Assembly (NCBI GenBank): GCA_973895155.1 | Contig: OZ316898.1 | Span: forward strand, 13,047,659 to 13,111,658 | Direction: 5' to 3' | DNA length: 64,000 bases | Origin: Marsupella aquatica | Lineage: Eukaryota > Plantae > Marchantiophyta | Shown: one piece after another, positions 1-13,383 of the stretch | How the letters are laid out: each line of letters begins with the position of its first letter | Position numbering within the stretch: the first letter of the stretch is position 1 | Translations under genes and position numbers: made by a program | Notes under the pieces: model-generated | Database searches by the model: none | Told to the model about the DNA's origin: nothing | The model's input: the letters and a program-made list of their open reading frames with translations, nothing else

Positions 1-2108
1 CTCACTAAGTTCTTGTGGAAGTTAACTTTCTATCTATAGGCACTTTGAGCCATAATGACCGCTCAAAGTTGGGCTGAAGCCCTTGTTGGGGGCACTATAT
101 CCCATAAGGCTCTCTAACAAAGACATTATCCTATTTGTAAAACCCTTGTGAATCTTTTGTTGTATTTTCATTGAAGACTATTGGCCACAACCCCCGACAA
201 CAAGATTTCTTGATTTAAATCTCTTTGTTATTGGCATGAATCAAGGAGGTGATTACTCCTAAGTGCCACAGCTCATAACCTCCTCTAGCCCATGGGTTAT
301 CCTTCTACCGTTTGGGATCAAGGTATCCCAAAATATCTTGAACAAGGTATCCCAAAAGAACTATAAATAATGTTTCAGGTAATAATGTTTAGGGACTTCC
401 TACCAACAAGCCAGTTGCATGGAAATTGTAGCCCAGATGTACCTCCACACAAACTGCTCCAACAGACTTTTGCAACCCAGATGGGATTTTTGATATGTTA
501 GGCTCTCGGAAAGACCTTTCCAACCCATTTCTAAATAACTCCTAAAAATCAGATTCCATGTCAAGGATCGTTACTTAAAACTTTTGGAAATGCAAAGTGT
601 GGACATTGAGTGATGGACTGATCTTTAGAAATTCATAACTCTCTCAATATTGATGAAAAAATATATATTAAACTAGTTGGACAGATATTTCCAAGCCCCT
701 TATAAGTAGCCCAAAAAGAACCACTTAGGTTAAATATCATGAGAGATATTGAAGCTCAAACTTTCCCATTCAAAACATTTCAAAAACAAGAAGGGTGTTC
801 AAGGTCCATTGGGGTTCCACAGTTCATGGGCGGAGTCCATGGGAGCATTATTGTACTAGAAGTTTTCATATTTGAGTTTCTTTATTGCACAACCTTTCCC
901 GTCTAAATGTTGACATTCTATACCACAAACTTTGTTCCCAAGCAAGCCACGGCGCAGGTCTCGCCGGCAGGACAGTCCCGGCCTCTTTCCTGTCCCGGCC
1001 TCTTTCCCACCAGCACCGGGGAATTCGCTCCCTTCCCGGTCCCGTTCGCCCTCTCGGGTACCATTTCCCGGCGACTTTTCTGGACTCTTCCGACTCGTTC
1101 TTTCAAGCCTAGCCGCCGGGAAGTTTACCCGGCCCGTCCTGTTCTCTCTGTATCGCTCTGTTCTCTCTGTTTCTCTCTGTTTCTGTGTCTCCCGATTCGA
1201 TTGTTCAGACTCCGGAACTCGGGATTGATTTGTTGATTCAATTCGGGAGAGCAATGCCAACAATCGAGCGTTCAGGTGACGACATTCGCTGATGCGCTCC
1301 TCTGATGAGATGAAAGGTCTTTCCCTCGCTCTCGACTAGCTTCGTCGTCTCTGTACTACTACTGTGCGCTGCTGCCCAACTTTCTGTGTCTCTCGTTTGC
1401 TCTGTTTTCTTGGTTTGGCTTTGTGTGCTCTGCTTTTCTGTGACGCTTTTCGAGGTTTTCTATGGCTCTCGCGTGCTCCTCGAAGCTTCCGGAGTGGAGC
1501 TGGTGTGACTTGGAGATGAATTCTTCTGTGATCGTTCGTTGTGTTGTTTGTTGGGAGCCTTCAACGCTTTCCACGCTGGCTGGCTGCCTCCCTGCCCGAC
1601 CTCCCTCCCGCCCCCTACACTACTAGAGCAGTGCAGTAGCGTGGCCGTGTGCGTGCATGTTTCATTGCTGCTCTCGTTTCGTAATTCTGGCAGTGGCAAC
1701 GATGGTGGTGATGAGTTTTTCACGCGGTGCAGGCCGTTGGCGTGGTGCGAGGTCCTGGGATAGATAGTTTTCGCTTCCGTTTCGGTGGTTCTGCTGCCTC
1801 GGCTCCTGATGCTGCAAGAAATTACGTGGATCGGTAGGTCGACTTGCTCGCTCGCTCGTTCGTTCGCCCGTCCCCGTGGTCGAGGACTTGAATGTGATGC
1901 CGGTGGGTGATATTGTGGTGGTTTCGGGGGAGAATGGTGGTGGTTTCTTCTCGGCTCAACATTGTTACTGTTACTGAAGCTCTAAAGGGTCTTCTTGTGC
2001 TGTCGTCGGATTCGTCGGCACTTTGGCAACCCAGACGGCCCCTGCTGTCTGTGATTCTGCTGGCTGTGGTCGGAGAAGCATCATTGTGCCGAGAGGAGTG
2101 GAGGAGGA

Positions 2109-5100
2109 ATGGATAACGCTTTGGATATTGCCGCTAAGACGCGGAAGATCGATGTGGACAACCGGCTGTCCCTCAGATTTTACTACCGAACGGCTGCTAA
2201 TCTTCTCAGGCAGGTAAGTTCGTGATTGCGATGTCCTTGAGGACGGCGTTTGCCCGTCTGCTGGCGGCACCTCACTTCTCTGAATGGCTGTGGCGTGCGG
2301 GGATTTGGCGTCTTTGGAAGCACTATCTTGCAATTTTGTTGGCAATTCATGCTTTTTCACTGTCGTTTACGTGTTGGCAATTGGCGCGGTCTCTAATCAT
2401 GCATTCGCTTTATCGTGCCAATTAATATTTTGCTGTGCAATTGCCTGCAGGCGACCATATACCGGGATGAGCATAATGTTATCGACCTGTACATTCTCCT
2501 TGTTCGATTTTCGAGGTACTGGGGAAAGACTTGACTTTGGCTCTTCTTTCCGGAGATAGGAATTTTGGCCCGTGTTCACTCCGGGGCTTATTACGCAGCT
2601 AGATCTGAGAAGTGTCTTGCTTTATTTGAACGTTATAATGTTGATCTTCGTAATGCAACACTGAACACTGTTGAGAGCCTCTTGCGGGTCACTCAAGAGC
2701 TAGGGACAATTTGTTTCACGCATTGTAACACCGCATGACATGTCATTGATTCTCTTTGTTAAGAGTTAAAGTTGAGAAAGATATCCTGGATGCTGACAAT
2801 GACAATCTTTTGCAGTCTGGTGTCGGAAACTATTCCTTACCATCGCGACTATAGAAGTACTTCTTTAAGGGAAAGAGCGGAGTATAAGAAGGTACTTACC
2901 GATACCACTTGCAACTTTGGTGTTTCTGAAGTTCTGTCGACCATTTACTGCCTATCTGAACTAAAAATGGCATTTTGAGCAAGCTTTGGCAATTTTTGAA
3001 AAAGGAGGTGATATTTGAAAGCCCTAATTTGTGCAGAAATTATTAGAAGTGCTGAATGAACTCGAAGCTTTGAAGCCCGAGGTGAACAGACAAGTTGAAC
3101 GAATAAATCAGACTCGAATAGTCGAACGAATTGATGAGACAAGGCGGTTGCCTCGTCCGTCAGCAAGTGCTGATGAGTGGGACGATTTTATGTCTCAATG
3201 GCCCGCTGCTCCTACAAGATCTGTGACCACTGAACAGGTACTACTGGTACATTTGGGTCGACTCAGTGGGTTGCCCTAATTGAGAACCCTTTAGTTGATT
3301 TCTAAGATATTTGTCGCCTTTGAAGGGGAACTCTCTATACTTGATATAGTCAGTGTCAGCGGGGACTAGCTTGCGTAGTAAAGGGGAATTCTTGTGTTAT
3401 CTGATGCAGGAAGGTGGAAGGAAGATAAGGACATTTGTTTTTTGTGCTGTGCTGGGTGTCTGTGGATTCGTAGGAACTGAACAAGGAACTGCCACGGATT
3501 GGATCAGCAGATTACCATGAGCCGCACCCCAGTCTTGGTGACTATTGGAGCTCTCCATCAATCGTGAACACTGTTGATAGTCGTCTGAGCAATTTGTAAG
3601 TATTCGCGATTCTTTTGAACACCATAAGAATGTCAAAGATAAAGCAAATTTATCGAGTGCATCAAGGATTGCTCCAGTCCTCCCATTCAAGGGGATACAG
3701 ATAGGATACAGGAATGGTCGGTCCGAAGTTGTATGGCAGCTCGTATCTAGAGCCGATATCAGAATTTAAATGCAGGAAGGCCCTGCCTATTGTTTGTGGG
3801 AGGATTAACGCAGCGCTGGTGCAGTGGTAAATTTAGCACGAAAATGACGAACCTACGATGTAGAGGAAGGAACAAATCTGAACGCATCCCAGACACTAAT
3901 CTCTTGTACTTATGTAGATGACGTCACAGGAGAAGAACGGGTTCGTTGGGTGTACTTGATTATCTTACTTGAAGCTCTAGCACAACTTTTGCCATGACGA
4001 TGAGATGGAAGTGTATTTTGAGAATTGTCTTTGACATGCAGGGCATTGAGCATCCCTCGCCCAAAGGACGAGACTCTATCAAGACATTCTTTTTGGGGAC
4101 CTAATGTCTCACGAAGGCCAAGTTCCAGTGCTCCATTCAGGGTACATTGACCAGTGATTTTCCACTCGGTTAGCTTTTCGATGCGGATTTGCTTGATGTA
4201 GAGGGTCTTCCTAGCCGCTTCTCTAACTCTGTCAATCCTTTCTTCAGGCACAGTATCCAAACTACATCGACGCAACGCCGATTCAATTGCCAAGGTTTAC
4301 GTCACATCTCGCTTTTCTTCTATCAATTTCCTGCTTCAATCATTTTGGCTCCTATGGATCAGATAATTTTAGAATCGTTACATGGCTATAGACTTGTTGC
4401 GTGTGTGTCCATAACTTCAATTTTCCATCTGCTATAACTTGTTTTTCGGGTGTAGCCTGGAACAGAGCTGGCGTGGACCATCGCAGCCTCATGGGGGATC
4501 GAGTCGTTCAAACACTGCACTAGCTATTTCACCGTCGCAGCCTCCAGGGGGATCAAATCGTTCAAACAGTGTACTACCTATTTCATCAGAGCCTGTGCTA
4601 TGGCCAGACTCTGATTCAACACGTTTCCCAGGGGGCTATTCTCCAGTAATTGGACCTGATTTTGCTCCTGTTCCAAGCCTGATCAGGCAACCAGATCCAC
4701 CTCCTGTTGCTGCTCCTGTACAAACATTAGAGTCTCCAAATCACTCGTATACCCAGTTGCCGCCTGATAGGGTTGCTGATCCTCGACCAGGATCTCCACC
4801 GCCCTTAGAAGATGATTGTGGTCAGCAGAAGGGAACAAAACATCTGCACATTGTAAGAACTGCAGAGACTTGCTTCTTTGTTGACAGGGTTGCTCAATGG
4901 GCTGTAATGTTGTAATTATGCTTTTGCTGCCTCGTGAAACCGTATTAGGCCCTTTCTTGTCTTGTGTTCCAAGTATTCGTTCTCATGATAGGATAATATT
5001 TTCAGTATTGTTCTGTTTGGAGGTGGGTGTGTATAACCTGTGGATTTCTGCGATTTGGCATTGCTTAATTTTTGGGTTTTGCGCTGCAGTCAACCAAAAT

Positions 5101-6810
5101 GATGCAGGAGTTTCTGGCCTTGTCCAGATTGAACACACAAAAGAATCTGGAAACTTGCGCAGTACTTGCAGGATCTCTTGTAAGCTACTCTTCTGTCTTT
5201 CACTGTTACGTTGGGTGATTACAAGCTTTTAGTATCTGGAATTAATCCTTTGAGACCTGAATTGTGAAGCTCTCGATGAAGCTCTTTCCGATTGTTTGAA
5301 GTGTGCCTTCTTTGTTATCCTCTCAGAGAAAGGGCGTCTTTTATGTGAGCGCGCTTATTGTTCCGAAACAAGAAGCTACCTCAGATTCTGTAAGTTTCTA
5401 TCCTGCCTACTTCAGACTTAGGAAGTTACACATGGCGACGCAGCGTGACTTTTACGTAAGATGTCAATATGCGGGTGTTTATGTAGGTAATGTTGTGTGC
5501 CGGTGTGTACGTCCGAGTTCATTTTATCTTATGTGTTGATAACGCTTTAAGTCCTTAATCTCCAACAAACGGAGGGCTGCCTATTGTGGCTGGATATTGC
5601 GGATGTCTCTTACATGAGGTACACGCTTGTTAAAATGAGCAGACAAATTGTGTCCCCAATCTCTTCTGACAGCCTTTGAAATATGTTGCCAGTGCCAGAC
5701 CGTAAATGAAGAGGAGATTTTTGACGTGCAAGATAAGCGCGGCCTTTTCCAGCTTGGATGGATCCATGTAATTTTCGCTGTCATCGAATTGGTCTAGCTG
5801 TCTCTCTTCTAAGCAGCAGATGTCAATACAAAAAAATGTTTGAATTGACTAGATGTCATCTGGACCCAGTTGTGTTTTGATGAATGTTTTGTAAAGTCTG
5901 TCTTAGTACATGTATCGGATTTCCGCCACTTCAGTTTTTAGAATGAGGCACGTGTCCTCTTGTTGTGGCGTAGTCTGTAGCGTGTATAGAAGCTCATTCT
6001 CATGGCTGTGTTCTTGTGCAGACGCATCCTACACAGACGTGCTTCATGTCATCAATTGATCTCCACACACATTACTCATATCAGGTCAGTAGTACTTTTT
6101 ATCTTTCGGTACTTGTCTTGCGATTTTGGTTTGGAAAACACAGTATGGGCAGTTGAATCAGATTTGTCATGTATAACTTTTTTGAATCTGTTGATCCTAA
6201 AACATGCTGAAACCTGAGAAATTGTGAAAACAAATGACATGTTTACATGGCTTTTCAGCTGCTCTGCGGTCGTCTCAGTGGAATCAGAAACTTCTCTCCA
6301 TGTTGTTTTTAGTTTCCTTGCAATTCTATCTTTTGTGAACAGGAAATGAGAAGTGTGTTCCCATATTTAGGCATAAGATGGGGTTAGGAAATGTGAGGCC
6401 CTTTGTCTTCCCTGTTGGTAATCAATTTTGAAAGCCCACTTTAATTACTCGAGTTAATACTGAGATAAATTTGCGTTCAGGTTATGCTTCAAGAGGCAAT
6501 TGCCATTGTAATGGCGCCAACAGACACTAAAAGGTTTGTTCTTTACATTTAGCTGTATTTTCGAGATCACTGCCCGAAGATGACTTCTTGGGATTATATT
6601 ACTCACCCATGACGGGACCTTTTGTACAGGGAATATGGAATATTTCGATTATCGTACCCTGGTGGTGTTAAGTCAATACAGCAATGTCAACAACGAGGGT
6701 TTCATCCCCATGAAGGACCTGAAGATGGAAGTCCAATCTATGAGCATTGTAGCCATGTATTTATGAATCCAAAGCTAAGATTCGATGTAATTGATTTGCG
6801 CCAAATCTAA
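2109..6810 (+). CDS. AMSH: AMSH-like ubiquitin thioesterase (JAMM/MPN+ deubiquitinase with N-terminal USP8-dimer/MIT domain), multi-exon
   Basis: Spliced GT-AG exons (some boundaries approximate): 2109-2213 (MDNALDIAAKTRKIDVDNRLSLRFYYR), 2451-2515, 2816-2891 (LVSETIPYHRDY), 3037-3237, ~4042-4141 (LSIPRPKDETLSRHS), 4248-4293, ~4456-4852, ~5090-5179 (NTQKNLETCAVLAGSL), ~5327-5389 (LIVPKQEATSDS), ~5693-5767 (LGWIH), ~6022-6084 (THPTQTCFMSSIDLHTHYSYQ, JAMM HxH-x7-SxxD), 6481-6533, ~6630-6810 (GFHPH...DLRQI*). One or more small exons between 3237 and 4042 are unresolved. Confidence 0.93.
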
Positions 6811-7661
6811 TATATGACAGCGTTGCAGTCTTGAGAATAGTTTCTGTGAGTAGCTGGATTCCCTTGTAAAGAGCTCCCTTATATAGATATCAGGTTCTGA
6901 CAAATACCGCCAAAGGGAAAATAGATTGCTTAATCACGACCTAATTAGAAGTTTGACCCGCGAAATTAGAATTGAGTAAATGTCTATCTTAGACAGGTAG
7001 AGGGAGGTTGATAGTTCTCTGGGTTGGATATGACTCGGTGGCATTCTTGATTGCTTTCGACATGGTGCTAATGAGTTTCGTTTTAGTTGACAATGGGCCC
7101 TTCAGGACTCGTACCCTGCCTTCAATAGTTCGGAGAGATATGTTTCTAACAAAGCCCTTCACACCATTTAGACGGATTTCAGTGATTGTGCACTGCGAAG
7201 AGTCTTGAGAAACTGCGTCTATGCAATGGGACAAGGCACACAGCTATATCCTTCTTTCCTCGTTCCAATGGTCCCTTCCGGAATAGTTGTATGATTGCAG
7301 CAGGACACTACTTGTGAAGAGGACTGTGTGGGATCTGTGAGACAGAGCTAACTTAAGGTCAGACGATCATTACATAGCCACATTTGTTAGACTATAGTCT
7401 TTCATGAAATCTGATTTAAATTTCACAGCTCCAATCAATTTGGTGGAACGAGGAATCTTCCAAAGATATTCATTAGATTCTACTCAGATATCCAGTCATC
7501 AAGATACAGCAGCTGGTGAGGATGCTTCAAGCAATCAACGACCACAAAGAACGAAAAATTAAAAGCAGCTATTGTAGGCAATACCCTAGTTACAGGTGTC
7601 TGCCAAACGATCCTGCCATTTGAAGGGTTAGTGAAGCTAAAAGTCACGTGGGTGCCCGGAT

Positions 7662-7710
7662 CAAGTCCAATGTCACAAGTCCAATGTCACAAGTCCAATG
7701 TCACAAGTCC
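7662..7710. repeat. 14-bp tandem repeat (AAGTCCAATGTCAC) x~3.5
   Basis: Read directly in sequence. Confidence 0.9.
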
Positions 7711-7987
7711 CACTGGTGTGCATACTTGAAAGCAGTGTATGCATTCAATTGTGTGCAAGTTGGTGTGCGAATTAGTGTGCAAATTTGTGTGCGACTATCT
7801 GTAATTGTGGGTCGTTGTTCTCATGACCAATCTTGGACTTCTAAGTTGGATGGTGGTCAGTTCAAGGTCATCACCAAGCCCAAACGATGCCTGATTGGAG
7901 TGGGAAATTTTGTGGCTGGGCTGCAATGTTTCCGGGCTGCAATGTTTCCAACACAGGGAAATGGTGGAAGACCAGTTTTGCTACGGC

Positions 7988-8065
7988 GGAGCAAGCCTGC
8001 TGTGATTGCCCATGGCCACTCTGTCCGAGCAAGCCTGCTGTGATTGCCCATGGCCACTCTGTCCG
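7988..8065. repeat. 38-bp tandem duplication
   Basis: GAGCAAGCCTGCTGTGATTGCCCATGGCCACTCTGTCC occurs twice head-to-tail. Confidence 0.9.
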
Positions 8066-8945
8066 GCAGGATGGTGGAAGAGCTCCACAAGGTTTCTAAC
8101 ATTCTGTTCCAGTAACTACCAAATAGTGGGTCTACTTTTGGATACTGGACTTCAAACAAGGGAAGGAGGAAGGGGGAGGAAGGAGGAAGGGGAGGGTGGT
8201 CTGTTCCATAATCTTATAATATGGCATTCCATGAACATATGGGCAATCCTCATGCAATGTTACAGAACAGTTAGTTGTTGTTTTGTGAATTTTAGTAGAG
8301 AATTTAATATAAAGAAAGAGCTTATTTAATTCAAAAAGTAAACAAAATGGTTATAGCATATTTTCTGGCCTATTTAAAATTTTAATTACGGACCTCACTA
8401 GAGGTCCCTTCCAAAATTCGAGACTCCATAGTGTGTCATGTCATCATGATGCGCTCCAAACAGGTATGGATTGGTTTACAAAATAAAATTATTTCACCGT
8501 TTGTGTTTGTGATAGGATTTTGGTAAAATTGAGGACGCCATGCCGTAAATCTTGATGTAAAAATGTTTGAAAAATAATCATTTTATTTACCCTAGGTAAC
8601 AGACTATTCAATTAGTAGGAGGTCCACCTTTCGTGTTTTTTACCCTGAGTAACCGCTTCCCACCCGCATTCTGAATTGTGTTTCAATTGAATAATTAATA
8701 AATCTCTCACGGCAAGTTGATCTGATGACAAAATAATCATGACAAATTTCTCAACCTTCTGCTACCACAAAGGAAGAAGTGGACATGATTCTATGTTGGA
8801 TCACTTAGCACTCCTTTCCATGGAGTCATCATTGCAGTTCCTAACTCGGTGATGTCTCTCGCTACTGTTAGATTGTCCAACACATGAGGCATGAGCGAAC
8901 GAAAGAGAAGCAAGCTTAGCAAGGTTCAGTAAGGGCCTCGTCTAC

Positions 8946-9065
8946 GTGCAGATGGTGTTGAAGAGCCTGGGCATGTAAAAAGGACATAGTTATAAGAAGT
9001 GTCAGCAGATGATCAAGGGAGTCGATGCGGACTGTAATGGGAAGGTGGACTTTCAGGAATTCAAG
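8946..9065 (+). pseudogene. Calmodulin-like (CML) C-terminal EF-hand gene fragment
   Basis: Translates VQMVLKSLGM*KGHSYKKCQQMIKGVDADCNGKVDFQEFK, with canonical EF loop DADCNGKVDFQE and an in-frame TAA at 8976. No upstream EF-hands are recognisable. Confidence 0.75.
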
Positions 9066-11087
9066 GGGTCCACGAACTAATTTTGATTTTGTGAGTTTTT
9101 CAAGACCAATTTTGCTGGTGCCATAAAAATTGCTGCTTGTGTTTGTGGCCAAAACCTATGATATGGTGCAATGACTGGCCATGATGACTGTCAATCAGTG
9201 AGGTGTAAAGGGTCTCAGGGTTCATGGAAGTTCTAGGGTTCATTAATACAGTCCATCCCACATGCTTTTCTGAAGTGAAAAGTTCTAAAAATGTACAACT
9301 TATTCTATTAATTCATTAAACAGATTTTTTTAATATAAATCCGCTGTATATAATGGAGCACCTTTTTCGGCAATGGATAAAGTTGGCTAGATTTCACCTC
9401 TCTTAAATTGGCACTTTTGGCAAGAATTGGCTAGGTTTCTTATATTACATTACCCAGTTTCCCATCTAACCACATTATTTGACAGTTATCTTTCAATTTA
9501 AAATCTAGGGAATCTGACTCGCAGAAATATAAATCTGTGTATATCACAGTGCCAAAGCGCAAAAACAGAGTGCCAAAGGGCAAAAATGGCCTAACCTGGA
9601 GACACTATCTCACAACCCAATGAAGGGGGAGAAAGGAAGGGAAAAGACCCCCAAGAAGACCAGAGTGTCCAACAAGCCAAGGGGCCTCTATGGATATTAG
9701 ATAATAAATTTACTAGCATCGTCTCTTTACACACAATATGGAGCGACCCTTGCCAAAAACCCTGAAAACCAATCTTCCGTTAACTGAGAGCCCAGATCAA
9801 ACAAACCTTGACCACAAAGGTACGTGTGCGCATTCCTTTTATCCAAAGTTCACCAACCAGCTCTGAGCAAAAGGTCTGTGCGACAAAATCGACCGTCACT
9901 CATACGGCCATCTGGCCCGGTTCGAACCCTGACCACAAGACACTGTCGGGCGTCGCCGCTCCCAGCTGCCTTTATCTTCTAAGCGCCACCCAGCATTTAT
10001 GTGGTCGAGATCGAAGGCCCTCATCCCCCCATCCATTCCGGCGCGTCACCCCAACCGTCGATTTTAGAATCGCTCATTAATCAGTTGAAACCTTTAATTA
10101 CCGCACTCTCACCCTGGTACCTAATCTGAGCCTTTGGTTTCCCAAAGGAACGGCTCCGATTTTCTCGTTATCACGCAACCCCGCAAAGTACAGACTGGGA
10201 ACAACCTGGAGACACGGACGCCGCAGCACCGTCTCCTGCATTAACGAATAATATTAACGGCTCAGATAGAAACCCCTAACTTGGGGGACCACGCGCTCCG
10301 TTAGATTGGAAAATGACAGGTCAGCCGGGCATTTCCGCCGTACCAGGAATGATTGCTATTGTTTATATTTGAATGAGTACATCTAAAACATTATTATATT
10401 TAACCTCATGGGGGAAAAGCGAGCGAATGTCGGTTGACAGTTCTGAAATCTGACTCCTCTTTTTTCTTTCTTTCTGTGCGCTATCTCGTGCGCTATCTCG
10501 TGCGCTGTTACTCCATTCAAATTGTACTATTGCCGTTCAAAGAAATACAGATCAGCTTGTGTTTTAGGTGTCAACATTCACCAGATTTTACCCCACTAAC
10601 AAATATTGAATTTGAAGCCTCCATGGCCTTTGAAAATTGAAATAGACTAATATATTTAGTGTACTTTCAAATGAAACTTTTCATCAAAATGGATGAAAAA
10701 ATACCATTTAATGTGTGAAGTTTTTAGAATATAGCATGTTTATCCTGGAACATGCCTGTTTTTTTTGTTTTGTAGTGATATGTAAATAATTTAATTCATA
10801 TAAAAGAAATAGGTACATGTAAAGTGTACCCAGAACTGAGAAGTCAGGTTTAATACCCCTCCACAGGCAAGGGGTGTGGAGGGTATGTGGGTGGCTGGGG
10901 TGTAATGGTGTGAGTCCTGGTTAGTCTTCAGCCCCAGGCTCTCTCCTGGTCTGGTCTGTGTGGGATCCATGGCTGCCCTACAGAATTACATGCTCAGCAG
11001 GAGATGTCCATCCCCTGCTGGAAGGGTCTCCTTTTGCTTTTCAAGGCAAGAAAAAGAAGAAGAAGAAAAAGAGGAGAAACAGCTACT

Positions 11088-11776
11088 CTAGTTTGAACCC
11101 TTGCCAAAAGTGGAGAAAACTAAGGACCCTTCCCCTCACAGTACACTCTTCCTAGTCTTGAGACCCCCACCAAAGGGGACACAACAAAGGACCCTTACAC
11201 TTACAGTACACTGTTGCCTTGTTTGAGACCTCTCTCCAAAGAGGAGACAACAAAGGACCCTTACAATCACAGTACACTCTTGCTAGTTTGAGACCCCTAC
11301 CAAAAGGGGAGAAAGTAAAGGACCCTTACACTTACAGTACACTCTTGCAACCCCTACCAAAACTAAGGGGAGAAAATAAATAACCCTTACACTTACAGTA
11401 CACTCTTGCAACCCCTACCAAAACTAAGGGGAGAAAATAAATAACCCTTACACTTACAGTACACTCTTGCTGGTTTGAGATTCCTACAAAAAGGCAAGAG
11501 AACAACGGACTCTTACACTTACAGTACACTCGTGCTAGTTTGAGACCCCTACAAAAGGACCCTTACACTTACAGTACACTCTTGCTAGTTTGAGACCCCT
11601 ACAAAAAGGCAAGAGAACAAAGGACCCTTACAGTCACTTACAGTACACTATACACTGTCACTACTTTGAGACCCCTGCCAAAAGGGAAGACAGAAAGAAC
11701 CCTTGCACTTACAGTACACTCTTACTAGATTGAGACCCCCCACCCCACCAAAGGCGAGAAAAACGAAGGACCCTTA
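11088..11776. repeat. Degenerate minisatellite, ~11 units of ~50-70 bp with conserved core CCCTTACACTTACAGTACACTCTTGC
   Basis: The core recurs at near-regular spacing and two 61-bp units (~11324-11470) are identical. An isolated extra core lies at ~11983-12009. Confidence 0.9.
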
Positions 11777-13383
11777 GAGCATCCCCACCGGACTCGGTGT
11801 CCTGGACACAGTATAAGGGCTTTTTGGCGACTTTAGTGGCAGGCGGGGCACGATTGGTGTGTACCTGCCGGTAAGGTACCCCACCGGTCTCGCTATTCTA
11901 CCATGTCAAACGGAGCGACTGTGGTCACATCTAGACAACTAGAGTCCCACCATCTGCTGGCTACAGTCTCTTACAACCTTACACCCTTACACTTACAGTA
12001 CACTCGTGCACTTACTATTGTAGTAACGGTCAAAAACCAACATGTCATCGGATTGCTTGTTCCCTGCGTCGCAAACCCAATCCGCTCCTCCCTCTCTCTC
12101 CGTTCTTTGCCTCTCTTGAAATCTCTGCCCCTCCGCCATCGCTCGATTTCTCCCTTCGCTTCTTCGGAGCTCTTGCGGCCTCGGCTGCAATCGCGCTACC
12201 TTACGCAGCTTCGACCACCACGACGCTACTCATCGACGATGAGAACGTAGTTTTTTTTACAAGATAGGAGTCGAGTCATGTACGAGAGTCCTCCGACTGT
12301 AGCACCGTCGTAGAAAAGTTGTCCTGCTACACTACTACTAGTACTACTACTCCAATCCATTGCTTTGTCTGGATGCTGCGGGGCTCGCGCTCGCGCCCGC
12401 TCCGGCTGCTTCGATTGCGCTCGTCTCGACCCCTCATGCTGCTGCTGCGCCTTTTGTGCTCTCCTGCTCGGGAGTCTCCAGTTCTGCCTCCTCATCGCCC
12501 TGCTGCTGCCACTGTGGTGGAGAGGTTCGCTCTCTCTTCTTGTCTGGTTTTTGGAGCGAGCTCGGGTGATTGCTTTCTGGATGTGGATCACGGTCCTCAG
12601 GAATAGAAGCAGTTTCGAGCCTCGGGTTCGTCAACGAGCACGACCCGGACCGGAAGTGCGGGGCGAGGAGCGGGAGGTGGAGAAACTGGCGAAGGGAGAG
12701 GGTATGGCAGCAGACGAAATGCGTCGAACGGAGGAGAGAATATAGGAAGATAAGGGAAGGAAGGAGGAGGTGGAAGAGGCAGAGCAGGAGCAGGAGGAGC
12801 AGGAGCAGAACGTGCGGAAGAGTTGAAAGATAGGGCTTAAGCTATTGATAGGCTGCACAGAGGAAATACACAGACGGAGAGGGAGTATCGGTCGGTCGGG
12901 GTCTCGGAACTGGTGTGCGAGCGCCTGTCCGTGTTTCGGTCTTCTCCCGTCGGGGTGTGGTGTGAGCGCGAGCCGCATTGGTGTGTGAACACGGGAGAGA
13001 GCAGGCGCTTGAGCAATTCAGCAACCGGGGAACGAAGGAACGAAGGCAGCCAAGGAGAGTTGGGATTTCTTGTGGTTCGAGAGGATAGGAGATTGAAAAA
13101 GCTTAGAGTGTTGTCTTAGGGAATTACTTAGCGCTGAATAGCCATAAGTCCTGCGTGTTCTCTGAAAGGGTTGGCCAACCGGTACGAGGGTGGACGAGAC
13201 GGGAGGAGACCTGACGGGACTAGGTGAAGGAAAGGATAGGGGGAGGGTGGACTTGTGTTTCGCCTGAAGTCGAAATCCTACTGCTTAGAGAGCGAGCTCG
13301 AGAGTTGGAAAGAGGCGAATTGTGGTAAAAGAATCGTCAGGACGGATCGTTTACGAAGCGTCTGTCGGGATTTGGGATCCGAA

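Noticed and set aside
1-850. Probable repeat/TE remnant at the window start
   Set aside because: No termini, TSD or coding motif could be defined from the sequence.
856-2100. Several overlapping 60-135 aa ORFs, CCGG-rich
   Set aside because: Low-complexity promoter/5'UTR and first intron of the AMSH gene, with no protein motifs.
11088-11776. CRISPR-like repeat/spacer appearance
   Set aside because: The 'spacers' are homologous to each other, the context is eukaryotic and there are no cas genes. It is a minisatellite.
11903-13119. Cluster of overlapping ORFs on both strands
   Set aside because: GC-rich, CT/GA-skewed leader sequence with no recognisable domains or coherent splice structure.
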